DNA of 51,155 nucleotides, taken from NCBI GenBank assembly GCA_900617105.1, contig UYFQ01000648.1, positions 1 through 51,155 of the forward strand. The letters are read 5' to 3'. Positions 9,465 to 22,332 of this stretch are shown in pieces (within the stretch, counting starts at the first letter, position 1; each line of letters opens with the position of its first letter). A program made the translations under genes and the position numbers. Under the pieces are notes generated by a model that saw only the letters and a program-made list of their open reading frames with translations, searched no databases and was not told where the DNA came from. The DNA is from Hydrurus foetidus. Lineage: Eukaryota.

Positions 9465-12438
9465 CACCTCCCATACAACCGGTGTTCCGGGATGAAACCG
9501 ACACGCCTGATACCGTGATAGAACCTCAAATTACACAAGACCAATTGGAGATTCGGGGTGAAATGGAATCAGTGGTCGATGAAAATAATAGTATGCCCAC
9601 TACTGACGAAGTATCCGGGCAGAAACTAATTTTGAACCGGTATCGGAGGAGCAACCAGAGGCACTACCTACCTCCGTGCGTACGCACGTGCCCAGTGCAC
9701 GTATTGAAATGCGTGAGAAATCGACGAGAATTCGAAAGCCACCTGACAGACTCGACTTAGTAGCTAAGAAACTACCTATTTCAACGTGGAAAGAGGGAAT
9801 TAGGGGTGAGTGGTCATTAATGATAGTAACCCGGGCCCTGAAACTTTTTCCGGACAAGGCCACCGCAGCCATCGAGTCAGAGGTGAAATCACTACTTGCA
9901 AAGGAAACATTTTAGGTTGTACACATGGAACAGCTATCACCTACTCAGAGGCAGAAGATACTGCGTTCTAACATGAATGTTGTGGAGAAATACCTCCCAA
10001 CAGTGAATTCGAATGGTGATCGCCAGATTGACAAGGTCAAGGCACGTTTCTTTGTGGATGGGCGTGCTCAAGTTAGAGAAGACTATGCTGCAGATGAAGT
10101 TGAGTCACCGACAGCGACTATAGCTTCCATCTTTTCAGTTGCACAAATCGCTGCTGTGGAAAACTGTTTCATTATGGTCGGGGACGTTGGGTCCGCGAAA
10201 CTCAACGCCGATATGCCTAAGGAAAAACCGGATAAAATCCTCCATATGTTCATCGATAAGAATGTGGCCGACGCAATCATCAAACAAGACAAATCATTTG
10301 AGTGTTACCGAAGACACTATGGAGGGCTAGTGGTGAGACTGGACAAAGCACTTTACGGGTGTATCGAGTCCGCCAAACTATGGTATAACGAAATAGCCGG
10401 AACACTGGGCGGTAATGGTTTTACGGCCAACCCGCGCGATATTTGCGTCTTTAATAAGGACGTCAAAGGTAACCAATTTACAATCCTAGTCTGCGTAGAC
10501 GATTTGATGATGACGTGTGTGGACAAGAAAGCAGTTTTGGATTTTGAGCAAACTTTGCTGAAAACGTACGGACAATTTCGTACCACTCAAGAGCGTGTCG
10601 TACCGTACCTAGGTTGCAAGTGGGATTTCACCGAGAAAGGTTTTGTAAAGGTCACACAGATCGGAATGATTCAAGATCTGATCTCATCAAGGGAAAAAAG
10701 CCATGCCGAACGCGGTATGAACCTCATTGGGAATCCTCATTGGGAATCCACACCTATTTGAGCGGACCTTGGACTGCAAATTCCTGATTGAGAAAGACGC
10801 TAAAACCTTCCATACAGACGTCGCTACAGCGCTATACCTGGGGAACCGAATGCGCCCAGATATCGTATTAGTGTTAGGTGAACTTTGCAAACGTGTAAAG
10901 GCACCAATATAGTCCAGATAGGAAATAGGTCGATAGAGGAAAGGTGTTAGTTAGTTACAAGGCTACGAGCTAGAAGCTAGGATAACTTCTACGAGTAGGC
11001 TAGAGCTAGCTAGCAGCTGCGCTAGAGATGTATGTGTACAGTAGGCGGTAGGATCGGATGGATCGGGACAAGGTCCGGTACGGCCCGTAGGCCCGGTATA
11101 GCCGGTCCGACCACCGGGCCTACGGGCCGTACCGGACCTTGTCACGATCCACCCGATCCTTCCGCCTACAGTACACATACAGCCCTACCACGACTAGCTA
11201 GCTAGCTGCAGCCTACTCGTAGAAGTTACCTAGCTTCTAGCATAGCCTGTAACCTAAGCACAACCCGCTCTTCTGCCCATCTTCTTTTCCATCAGGACTA
11301 CAATAGCGCTATTATAGTCCAGATAGGAAATAGGTCGATAGAGGAAAGGTGTTAGTTAGTTACAAGGCTACGAGCTAGGTTATTATTAGTTATTATATTT
11401 TTAAACGTGGTGGTCGCGTCATAGATTAGATTTCTCCAAAAAAGAGATAAGTGGGGGAAATGTGGTCGTACCGGGTATACCGGGCCTACGGGCCGTACCG
11501 GACCTTGTCACGATCCACCCGATCCTTCCGCCTACAGTACACATACAGCCCTACCACGACTAGCTAGCTAGCTGCAGCCTACTCGTAGAAGTTACCTAGC
11601 TACTAGCATAGCCTGTAACCTAACACCCGCTCTTCTGCCCATCTTCTTTTCCATCAGGACTACAATAGCGCTATTATAGTCCAGATAGGAAATAGGTCGA
11701 TAGAGGAAAGGTGTTAGTTAGTTACAAGGCTACGAGCTAGAAGCTAGGATAACTTCTACGAGTAGGCTAGAGCTAGCTAGCAGCTGCGCTAGAGATGTAT
11801 GTGTACAGTAGGCGGTAGGATCGGATGGATCGGGACAAGGTCCGGTACGCCCGTAGGCCCGGTATAGCCGGTCCGACCACACCAACAACAGAAGACGACA
11901 AGAAACTCGATAGGCTCATATGCTATCTGAGGGCTACTAGAGACAAGCCCCTACGACTCGGTTGCACTTTACCACTGACAGTTACAGTATCAATTGATGC
12001 TGCATTTGCTAACCGAGATATGATGAAGTCAACCTCAGGAAGGTGTGTCACATTGGGGTGGGATTTTTTATCACGAGTTCCAAGGTCCAAAAGCTCAATT
12101 CCAAGTCAAGTACGGAGTCCGAGATCATCGTAGTTTCCGACGGCATGAACATTCCGCTCTGGCTTGCAGGATTCATTGCATACCAAGGACATCGGGAACT
12201 ACCAGTGAACCTCGAACAAGACAATCAGTCATGCATTGCATTGCTGACAAAGGGTCGGTCTACCGCAGAAACCACCCGCTTTATTGAGGTACGGAAATTC
12301 TGGATACCATACTACATCCGTAACGGTGCCGTAAATTTCATCTACGTGCCAACTGAGGATATGACATCCGATTACTACACTAAGCCGTTGCAAGGAAACG
12401 TTTTTTTAAAGATGGTGAAGAAAATTATGGGAAATTAA
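9465..12438 (+). pseudogene. pol: Copia pol 3' part: reverse transcriptase and RNase H, disrupted and split by the 10908-11881 insert
   Basis: KVKARF, GDVGSA, RLDKALYGCIESAKLWY, CVDDLM, RPDI. RNase H motifs IDAAF, SSTESE, QDNQS, DYYTKPL. Stop at 9913-9915, a short duplication/frameshift near 10730-10752 and a frameshift near 12060. Confidence 0.93.
10908..11881. mobile_element. 974-bp non-coding TRIM-like mini-element of Gypsy-family LTRs in both orientations
   Basis: TSD CCAA at 10904-10907 and 11882-11885. Removal restores the Copia frame (VKAP-TTEDDKKL). Parts: A1(-) 10908-11114, B1(+) about 11113-11302, motif 11303-11312, partial A(-) 11313-11378, 3' UTR and PPT 11379-11460, B2(+) 11461-11664, motif 11665-11674, A2(-) 11675-11881. 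Confidence 0.92.
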
Positions 12439-12595
12439 GTAGTATACATTATTGACTTACAGTTGAGCTATTTTTCAAAATTTTATTAGCAACAATACTT
12501 GTATGATCACTATAGCTAACAGCAGATACAAATACAATTTATGTTTCATTTCCATGAAAAAATACGAATATGCCGCCTGAATGACATTAGGGGTG

Positions 12596-12990
12596 TGTTG
12601 GATATAGCATAGCTATCCCTACGGGGACAATCCCTTTGGGGGAAATCCCTTTGGGGTAATATCATTCAAGCCCAAGCGGAGGAGCGAGGGTAGCACTTTC
12701 GGACCCGAGAACCATCACTCATATGATGTACTGGAAGTTGCAACTGATGATGACTGTGAACAGTCATCTGTAGCTAGTATAGCTAGTCATTAACTGCTTT
12801 GTTTTGACACACTGAGCACTTCTAATTAAAAGAGACTATATGGCTGTGTGCCATTATACCTACACTAGAGCGAGCTGTTGGAGCAACTTTGGTCGACTAG
12901 CTGAAAGCAAAGTGTGTTCTAAACGAATCACTGCTATCAACCAGGTGCTCTGACTGGATCTAGGATCCACAAGACAGTTTTATTCCAAGA
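12596..12990 (+). repeat. Copia 3' LTR (395 bp)
   Basis: Direct repeat of 251-645, followed by TSD AGAAT. Confidence 0.97.
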
Positions 12991-13234
12991 AGAATTGTGG
13001 CCTCATGAATGATTTTTTTTCCCGTTCGTTTATGTTCCGTTCAACGTTCGTTCGTCTTCGCTGTGGTCCCAGCGGGTCAGCGGGTCGATAAATTTTGACC
13101 ATAGAATTTGACGACAGAATACTTCATGGTTTTCAATTAATTCTATCGAATTTCGAATTTTGTTCAAAAAGCGTTTTTTGATCACTCAACTGCCACGTCC
13201 GTCATTTCTGAGCAAACTAGAAACAACTCAATAA

Positions 13235-13403
13235 GGCTACAATTCATGGGAACGCTTAAAAAATTCCCATCTAATTTTTTGCCATAAATTAGGCGGAGAA
13301 AGGGAAACTTTCCCATAAAAAGGGGTAGCTTAGGGTAAACTTCGAACCTTACCATGAAATAATTATATCGGAAAATATTTGAGCGTGCCCATAAATTGTA
13401 GCC
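13235..13403. mobile_element. PIF/Harbinger (Tourist-like) MITE, 169 bp
   Basis: Imperfect TIRs of about 34 bp: GGCTACAATTCATGGGAACGCTTAAAAAATTCCC and GGAAAATATTTGAGCGTGCCCATAAATTGTAGCC. TAA on both flanks (13232-13234, 13404-13406). Confidence 0.8.
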
Positions 13404-14193
13404 TAAAAAAGAGAAATAGAGAAATCTGATCGATGATTAGTATTCGTCTCCTCGAGATCTGCAAGATACTCTGCTCTAAATGGTGTACACTTTCATCGTG
13501 TGGGCGCTGAAAAATTTGGCAAGTTCCACACCCAGGATTGTTGGTTACAGTTCCATATGACAACCGGAAAAGGCCCTAAACTTAGGGGGTCTAAACTACC
13601 AAGATAAAACGGTGCTTAATTAGGATCAATGTGCGTTTTTTGTTCATTTCGGTAAAATAATTCCCGGGTGCAGGTTCATTATACCGTATGTGGTCGTAAA
13701 AGCCGGAAATTTCACTGGAGACGACTCAATAAAGCCGTCGATACGGCGTAATTAAGCCGTTTCCGGTACATTTAGGTCCATTTCCGTTAAAATTTTGAAA
13801 AATTTGGGGCTTAATTCGAATTTTAAAAAAAAGAAACAATATGGAATAGGTCCCCCACTGTATGTAATGCCCCCTGTCCTTTTGATACCCCCTTGCTCCG
13901 ACTCTCTGTTTTGTTTTTTGTCCGAAAGTTTTCAATATTTTACATGTCCAGTGTCCACCATATGTGGCTACCTGTAAAACAAACAACCACCACAGTCGGA
14001 AATTTGACACCTGAATGAAGGCGACACTTCTTCAACTGACTCCCGCTGCTCAGCTCAGTACCTGTATGAAATGTAACATTATGTCACTTCAACTTCATTT
14101 GATTTGGTTATTTGACTTATCGAACTTAGAAATGAGGATCAACGTTGCTATCAACCTCTACAATAGACAACTCTTCAATCAAATGCTCGTAAT

Positions 14194-17100
14194 ATGAAAG
14201 GGGCTGATTCAAAAGCTCCAGATTTGTTTAGCAATGCATCTCTGCTATCGATGCTTTCTCGATCGCATTCCTCAACGCGATCTGGTTTCAAAGGAGCTAC
14301 TTCTTCCAGCCAAGATAAAACACGCAAAAAATCGGACAAGGAGTCTTCTAGCCCGACATTATCAAGTAGAAGATCTCTTCCAATAAATCCAAATGCGAGA
14401 TACAAGCAGAAGGAAATTAACGAAAGGATTTCTAACGGACCGAACATATATGTAGGTGCATTTATATGTCAACGGGACGATTAACCTTTACCGTTACTGA
14501 CATATGTCCTGCATTTCAGCAAATTGGCGCAGAAATTGGACGTGGGGCATTTGCTGTTGTGTTCCAAGCTTTCAATGTCGAGACAGGCGATTTCGTGGCC
14601 GTGAAGAGGTTTCCATTGACAGCTATAGATGACGAATCACTCAGCTCAATTCAAGTGAGTTCACTTTCTCGCAAGCGCCGTTGATTATCATCTTCGCTAC
14701 CGTTTTGACCAAAAATACTTTGAAATATTTAGAGCGAAATTGAGCTGATGCAGAGGCTGAATCATCCAAACATCGTCAAATACATCGATACGATACGAAC
14801 GGAGCGATATCTCTACATCGTCATCGAGTGAGTACCTGATTAAATATGTCCAGCAGTACCAAGTACCTTGATCTTCTTCCGTCTGACCTTCATCATCAAA
14901 TGTTTTCTCATCGGATTTGATTGTCTGCTTTCGCCTTCCTAGGTACATCGAAAATGGCTCTCTATCCACAGTTCTGAAAAAGTTTGGATCATTTTCTGAG
15001 CCTTTAGTAGCTATCTACGTCACTCAAATTCTTCGAGGATTGAAATATCTTCATGAACAAGGAGCATTGCATCGAGATATCAAAGGTGCGAATATCTTGA
15101 CAACTAAAGATGGTCTTGTGAAGCTGGCAGACTTCGGTGTTGCGATAAAGCTATCGGAAGCAAGCAATGTCAAGAAGAAAGGAAATCAGGAAGATTATCA
15201 CGATGTGGTTGGAAGCCCTTATTGGATTGCACCGGAGATTATTGAGATGGCTACTCCAACAGCTGCCTGCGACATTTGGTGAGAGAACTGTCGCAATCCC
15301 TTCCTTCCGAGTCATGTGCTGATGGGTGCTACTGTTTGATCGTTCTTATTCACACCCCCAACTCTTAGACTCACAACACATAATTGATGTGGCCTATATT
15401 TAACTGTCTTGTAGGAGTGTTGGGTGCACAGTTATTGAACTATTGACGGGCAAACCCCCGTACTACAACAGAGCGCCTATGGCTGCTCTTTTCTCCGTAG
15501 TGCAGGATTTGCATCCGCCGCTGCCAGACGGAATATCCCTATCAATAAAGGACTTCTTGCTGCTCTGCTTTCAGAAGGAACCTTCTTTACGCAGCACTGC
15601 TGCTGTTCTGTTGAAACACCCGTGGCTGCAGCAGGCAGCGCAGCAGCAGTCTTTGTATGGCTCTCCTAAGAAAACGTACAACTCCCCCCGGTCGTACGTC
15701 ACCACGAAGAGCAGCTCACCGCTGCTCTCCTCAGAAGACAACTCTCCCGCGCGGTGTTTCAGTCCGATGCAAGAGAGTAGGTGTGCGTCAGCAGAGTCCT
15801 CACCAACTGGTGCAGAGAGGACGGATAGACAGGGGGACAGAGCAGCATACATGGACACAGTCATCAGTCCGAGATACGACACCCTTCCCCGATCCCCTCT
15901 TGCAGTAAAACACGTGGACAGCGGAGAGAGTGTGCCCCGCCCTGTCACAGCAGTAGAGGAAGCAGAACCTTCCTTGCCCCTTCTGCGCTCTAGTCCGGAA
16001 CCCTCCAAAGGTCCAGGGTCCGCTAAGAAGGAACTGAAGTTATCTGATCCCACGTCAATGTCTCCCCTCAAATCTGGTGCTGTGAGTACGTCACTGGTGG
16101 GACTGTTCGATAGCACCCAGGATGCCTGTCCTGTCCCAAGAGGTGTAGCGGTGAGGAGGAACAGCACCAACAGCACCAACTTCAATGACCGCTGCGACCG
16201 TTCCTTTGTGACGCGTATGATGTCCTTCGAGCTCCCTGATGAGAGAGACTACTCCTCTGGTTTCAATAGTCTGGACAGTGTGGACAACGGAAATGTGAGC
16301 GAGTTGGGTCTAGTGCGTATGCTTTCCGAGAAACAAACCTCCTCCATCACCATCAGCACAGCGCCCAGTCGGCCATTGTCCTGGTCCCACTCAGGGTCTA
16401 ACAGCAGTGCCTACGGAGACGATGAGGAAGATATCGACTGCACTAAAGTGCGTGCATCTCGCTCTCTCCCTTTCTTCCGCAACTTCTCCATGCGTTCTCA
16501 GAACGTCGCTTCATCAGTGCACTCTGAAGATCGCACCCTAATGGACCGGGACGAGGAAGCCTTTAATGACATGCGGCTCAGCATAGATGATGAGGTGGAT
16601 GAGAGGAGGGGTCTCTATATACTGAGAAAGGCGCTAAAGAGCAGCAACTTTCTGGACCATGAGGCATCACCGTCTGGTAATGAAGGGGACGGGGACGGAG
16701 ATGAGGACCCTATCAAAACCCTGCGCCCCCCTAAGCTGCGCCTCTCCCTCATCTCACCACATTCTAAAGAGGAGAGGGGACTCAGCAGCTCCTCACTTGA
16801 CGAAGAGCTAAACTTGAGGTTACAGCAGATGGACTCTCGCAGTGTGGGCTCTTATGACGGATTCGACGACATGACCACGGTATGCTACAACATGACTCAC
16901 ACAGCGAGACATGACGTACCCATTATGTCTATGTAACACTGTTATATCCATCATATGTTAATGACCTATACATTCCTGCGACTTGTTGCAGGTGATGGAT
17001 GTGGATGATGACGAGTACTTCGAACGCAGGGACAGCAAAGATGTGCACATGAACAGGTCGAAGGACATCGTGTCTGTCATGAACAAGATCAGCCACAGCT

Positions 17101-20100
17101 GCTGTAAGAAGGAAGTCACGGAGAGCTGCGCCAAGCTGCTCGACATCTTCAGTATGTATCCGGATATAAAGGACCATCTTATCACTCACTTTGGTGTGAC
17201 CCCCATACTGGAGATGTTCGAAGCCACTCAGTCATGCTCGAGATCGGTAAGCAGTCACTCCACTGTACCGCCCTCTTCCATGCAGTACATCTGCATATTT
17301 TTGATACCTCCTTATATTTAGTCTATTTGAAATGCTTAGTATCGCGCCATATATCTGGCTGACCTATTTCTCTTCCTCCCCCATTTCTTTCCATTCCTCA
17401 GCTTGTCCCGCATTTCGAAGATGTTCCGTCAAGATCGCATACACGTAAGCATCACTGCCACCTCATCTTCATAACATCTTATTTCATGTCACACACGCAC
17501 TCCTCTCCTCCCTCGTAATATCTTTTTATCTTTACCTCTTGCAGTGGGTACCGATTCAACCCTGAACAGTGTGTCCAATAGTTCCGAGTTCACTGGTGAC
17601 GTACTCAAGGTGGTGAACAAAATCATGGAGGGCAGCAGGCGGTGCCAAGAGGAACTCACTATGATGGGTGCGCTAATCGTTCTTGCGCTTATCTGCTAAG
17701 GGCTGCACTGCGCTATAATGCATTGCACTGGTCTGCATAGCACTGTATTACACTGGTCTGCATAGCACTGTATTGCACTGGTCTGCATAGCACTGTATTG
17801 CACTGGTCTGCATAGCACTGTATTACACTGGTCTGCATTGCACTGGTCTGTATAGCACTGTATTACACTGCACATCTGATTGATGACGAGCCACTTCATC
17901 GCTATCTTACCTGACTGCACTCCTCAACACACGTAACACAGGTATCCTCCCAGGTGTGATGCGTTTGTTGCAAGAGGCGAGCATCTCGATATCAAGCGTG
18001 AGGGACAGCGAGAGACAGTCGACCTCCCCCAGACACACGTTCTACACGGCTATGGCGCTGTCCTCCTTCTTACCGCAGTCCATGCTATCCTCCCCATTAC
18101 ATCCATACGTGTCGAAGGTAGCCTTCTTTGACGCACCTAAGTGGCATACAGCAGTACACTATCATGTGATTCCACTTTTAATTTATATCTGATCAATCTT
18201 GTTGCACACTTTCTTTCTTTCTTTCTTTCTTTCAGGCTAATTTTCAAATCGACCCCGCTGCGTTGGAAGCTGCTCGATTCGTGCACCTGATATCCTCTTC
18301 GTCATCACTGACGCTGCAGGTGATTAACTATCTTTACTAACTGTCTCTATTGACTCTACCTAATGAATGTCTCTAAATATTGCATACACACGACTGACGT
18401 CCACGTGTACTGACGCATTATCACACCTATAACTATATCCTCCTCTCTTATCTCTTCTAATCGTAACGCACCTTATCATTTGTAAACACTCGTACTATCA
18501 TATCTGCTCTTATCGCACCGTGTCTTATCGCATCTTCTCATATCGTATCGTACCGTGCGTGCCTTACATTGCACAGATCCTAGTCGGTGCGGGCGGTCTG
18601 TCAGCCATCGTGAACATGATCTCATTCTCCTCTCTCATGACAGCTGACAGCGATCTAATGAACAACAAAGTCAGCGTTTCCCCTAAGGTATGCATTCCCA
18701 TAGATACGATTCTACCTCCGTCCCCTGTGTGTCCCGCATTGGGTCTGTGAGAGACCACTCAACTTGATAAGCACTATCGCGCTTTCATCGTGGCAGTGAT
18801 CACCTTTGTGCAATCCTCTCCTCTCCTCCTCCATCTTTTATTTCTTCCTCGTTCACCCCTGTGATGGTGAATGACCACCATCATTCGAGTGCTTGTTTAC
18901 AAGGTGCTAACCCTGCAGTCACACTTCGTTCTACAACACAGGCCAACAGCGATGTCGTCCCTTTGAAAAGCCCTAGGGATGAGTCTCTCACACCGATAAC
19001 CACTTCCTTCCCCCCCGTGCCTCCCCCTATGGATGACGTCAGACTGATGGTCTACATGGGCGTGGACTGCGTCACAGAAATCCTCTTAGACTCCTCAGCG
19101 AGAGCAAGGGATTTCTGTCGATTGTTCGTGAAGATCGGGCTACTGCGGCATATCTCACGTGCGTTCGACTGTACGTACTCTTCCTTGAAGGTGAGCACAC
19201 CGTGTTGCTCCCCTTCATGCCACGCCATGCAGAGGAAGAGATGGAGCGGCACCAACAGCAGCAGATGTCCTAGTCTGCCCTGCCTTAAGGGACATGAGCG
19301 CAAGTCGTCTGACATGTCGGATTTCAGCTACCTCGCCAAGACATCCTCCTCTAACCCCCTCAGCACCGACTGCAACATAGAGTGCGGATACCTAAACAAC
19401 ATCTCCAACATCCTCTTGAAGTTCTCTCGCTCTGACACCGCTGTGGCATTGCACATGGCGAGGGATTCGGAGGTCGTGCAAACCATCATGGGAGCGCTGA
19501 GGGATCCGAGATTCAGTGACCCGCAATGGTCTATTTGCGGCAAGGTGAGTGCATCCAGCACGGGGAGCAAAACAAGCCATGAATCAAGTAGCACGAACAC
19601 TGCGACATCTAATAAGGTCGTGGATAAGAGGCGCCAAGTGGAGTTGGTCGCATCCGGTATATCCCCGTGTAATGTAGACGTCATCGAGACGCTCTTGAAA
19701 TGCCTCAAGAACCTCAGCATGGAATCAGCAGCACTAGCAGACCTAGAGAAGGCGGGTACCATCTCGATTTTAATTCCATTATTGGACGGACCTCTTAGCG
19801 ACAGATGCAAGAATCACATAGTCCCCTGCATATTCAATCTGTGCCGCATCAACAAGAGGAGGCAGGAGGAGGCAGCGGTGCACGGAATTATACCGCACCT
19901 CCAATGCTTCATCCTCAACGACTCACACTTGAAGCAATACGCCCTCCCAATTCTCTGTTCCCTCGCTTACACCTCGTGCGTCACTAGAGCGGAGCTACTT
20001 AAACATGGAGGAGCTGCGCTGTACATCAACTTGTTGAAGGAAGCGTACTGGCAGACATTCGCTTTGAATTCATTAGCTGTGTGGTACGTACGTGCCACCT

Positions 20101-21025
20101 CCTTCTCTCCCTCTTCCTCTCTCTGTACTCATCAATACCCTTCATATCTCATCTTACAGTCATCTTGCAACTCCACCGCACCACTGCCTCTCTAGCCTCA
20201 GCATATTCGCAACTACCACTCTCACAATCTCATACTCGTCCCTCTTCTTAACTCCACCTCTCTCAATTTCTCAGGCTCGCCAATGATACCTGTTACGTGG
20301 AGGAGGTACTGGTCGAGCCCCTACATCTCACGCGCCTAGTGGGTAAGTCTCATTCAATGGCATCACATGATGTCTCATTGATGGAAATGTTGGAGGCAAT
20401 CGATGTATTTATGTTCGAATTACTGTTTACTTACTGATATCGAGTTGAAATGGGTTGCACTGCACTGTGTTGCAGTGGCATCCTCCTTGACTCTGTACCC
20501 CTCTATATCCTACCCTCCTGCCCTTTGGCACTCAAGTCTTCCCTCTCTTATCACAGACACCTTCCATCTGTACTTCAATTTACTTGCTGTGATTTACTCA
20601 ACCACCCTGTCTCCTCTCTAATTCAACCTTCATACACTCTACGGCAATATTACAACATTGTATTTCATAATATTCGCATTGTAGATTTTTTCCGCTCGGC
20701 ATCCCCCCAAATAATCAGAGTACTGCACAAGCCGTTTCTCGACATGATGTCAAAGTCGACTGTATTGTGCAAGGCCCTGTCGAGCTCTGGACTATACGTT
20801 ACGTCTCTTGTGAAGCGACTGAGTACATCTGATGCGATAGTGCTCAGGTCTCTGCTCAAGATGGTGCAGCTGTTGCATACGTGCCACCCCAACCCTAGAC
20901 AGTTTGTGCTTGACAACAACTTGTACAATGTCGCGAAGACTTATGCGCAGTCTGAGGGCCAGGTGTTGGTGCATCAGGTCGCCAACAGGCTACTCGTAGA
21001 CTTTCAAAACTCCACCCTCACTTGA
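14194..21025 (+). CDS. Ser/Thr kinase of the Cdc7(S. pombe)/SepH/MAP3K-epsilon family, multi-exon, with N-terminal kinase and C-terminal ARM-like repeats
   Basis: [43 protein letters not shown]-terminal [31 protein letters not shown] and [13 protein letters not shown] introns, for example 14452-14519. Confidence 0.88.
17720..17872. repeat. Intronic minisatellite, 25-bp unit CACTGGTCTGCATAGCACTGTATT(A/G)
   Basis: About 6 tandem copies are visible. Confidence 0.9.
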
Positions 21026-22332
21026 TTTGATTCAATGCCATTCGATTCAGTGTGATTCGATTTGACATTATAACTTTCCTTCGATTTCCCTACCTGTGCT
21101 GGACTGCATTTACCGTAACGCGCTAAATTCCGTTTTCTCATATTGAGTTCGAACAATACTGAAGAATGATATACTACTGTCAATACAACAATTTTCTACA
21201 AGCACCGCTCATTATTTGATTTTGCATCATACTAGTCTTTCTTCTGTCGCATCAGCGTTTCTTTGATTTCGTTTTAATTATTTCTGTTCAGATCCTTGTC
21301 TCCGTAAATTTGATCCGATCTTCTAAACCTTTCTTTTCTTCTTGAATTACTGGACACTAACTATTAAAAAGTGTTGAGCATCGCACGTACGTACATACCG
21401 TGCCACTTCGCATTTTAGAGCACAGCATCTTCAGAGGACGTGCACCTTTCAATGCTGCTGTAACTGTAAACGACTTATGGGATTGAGGTCGTATTAGAAA
21501 ACGTTCACATGAAGCGATACGAATTGAACAGCTACTGCAGACTGATGCTGCGAGTAATGCTATTCGCTACAGTCGTATACACTGTATATCTGTGATCTAA
21601 AGATCCAATCATGCCTCATTAGAGTGCCCCACCTTTTCTCTTCAATTGGAAGTGGAACGTCACTGTGCCATAGAATTCCTTTTCAGTGCATGAGCTCTCT
21701 GCCTTATTCTGATACACTACAATACAGTGCTCTTATTGTACCCTCGATGCAGATCGATCAGATATCCGTGTGGAGATGTTGAGGTGTCAGATGGACTGAC
21801 AGTGTAACCGTCAAGGACATTGTTCTTGTCTAAATCAGGTAGGGGTTGAGGAGCATGAGAAGTCTGTATGTCCTTTCTCTGCTCTACTCTGCTCTAAATT
21901 AAAGCAAATTTAGTTCATTTAAATCATAAATATCGTTAGTTCTAAAAATGCTCCACTTTCCTTCAGGCGGAGTGACTTGACTCAACCTATAACACGAATA
22001 GGGCTATTGACGCACAGTACAATGCGCCTAGAATAAGAGATGGGAGAGACTCATCCAAATCACCAATATTGGCAAGCACTCACACTTCATCGGTAACATT
22101 CTAACGGAAACGCGGCACACAAGCCAATCTTGTAATAAACAGTCTAGAGAGAGAGAAACAGAAAAATAGAGGGGATAGACAGTACAGTCATAAAACGCGA
22201 AGAAGACTCAATAGCGGGTAGTGCTCTGTTATACAAGATAGGACGGTGTCAGAAATAGTCACAGGAGCGAATATTGCAGTGCTGTGTGACAGACGCGAAG
22301 GGGACACGATTGATTAGACAACCCACTATGTT

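Larger units (their letters stand above)
251..12990 (+). mobile_element. Ty1/Copia LTR retrotransposon, defective, containing two nested Gypsy-family insertions
   Basis: Direct LTRs at 251-645 and 12596-12990. 5-bp TSD AGAAT at 246-250 and 12991-12995. Domain order gag (CCHC), PR (DTGA), IN, RT, RNase H. Purine tract TAGGGGTG precedes the 3' LTR. Confidence 0.97.

Noticed and set aside
9314..9760. Short ORFs overlapping the Gypsy LTRs (also 3397-3606, 10963-11178, 11825-12133)
   Set aside because: They are chance frames through LTR sequence or LTR-Copia pol fusions, not genes.
10908..11881. Repeat cluster as a CRISPR array or satellite
   Set aside because: The units are about 200-bp LTR copies in both orientations with a PPT and TSD. 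There is no repeat-spacer pattern and the context is eukaryotic.
13328..13595. TTAGGG-like words as telomeric repeats
   Set aside because: Isolated single occurrences, not tandem.
13546..13862. Possible Tc1/mariner end (CCCCCACTG-TA at 13852-13862)
   Set aside because: No convincing matching left TIR was found.
15571..16185. Long antisense ORFs opposite kinase, SMC4, GARS and PIN exons
   Set aside because: Shadow frames of real coding exons with no independent motifs.
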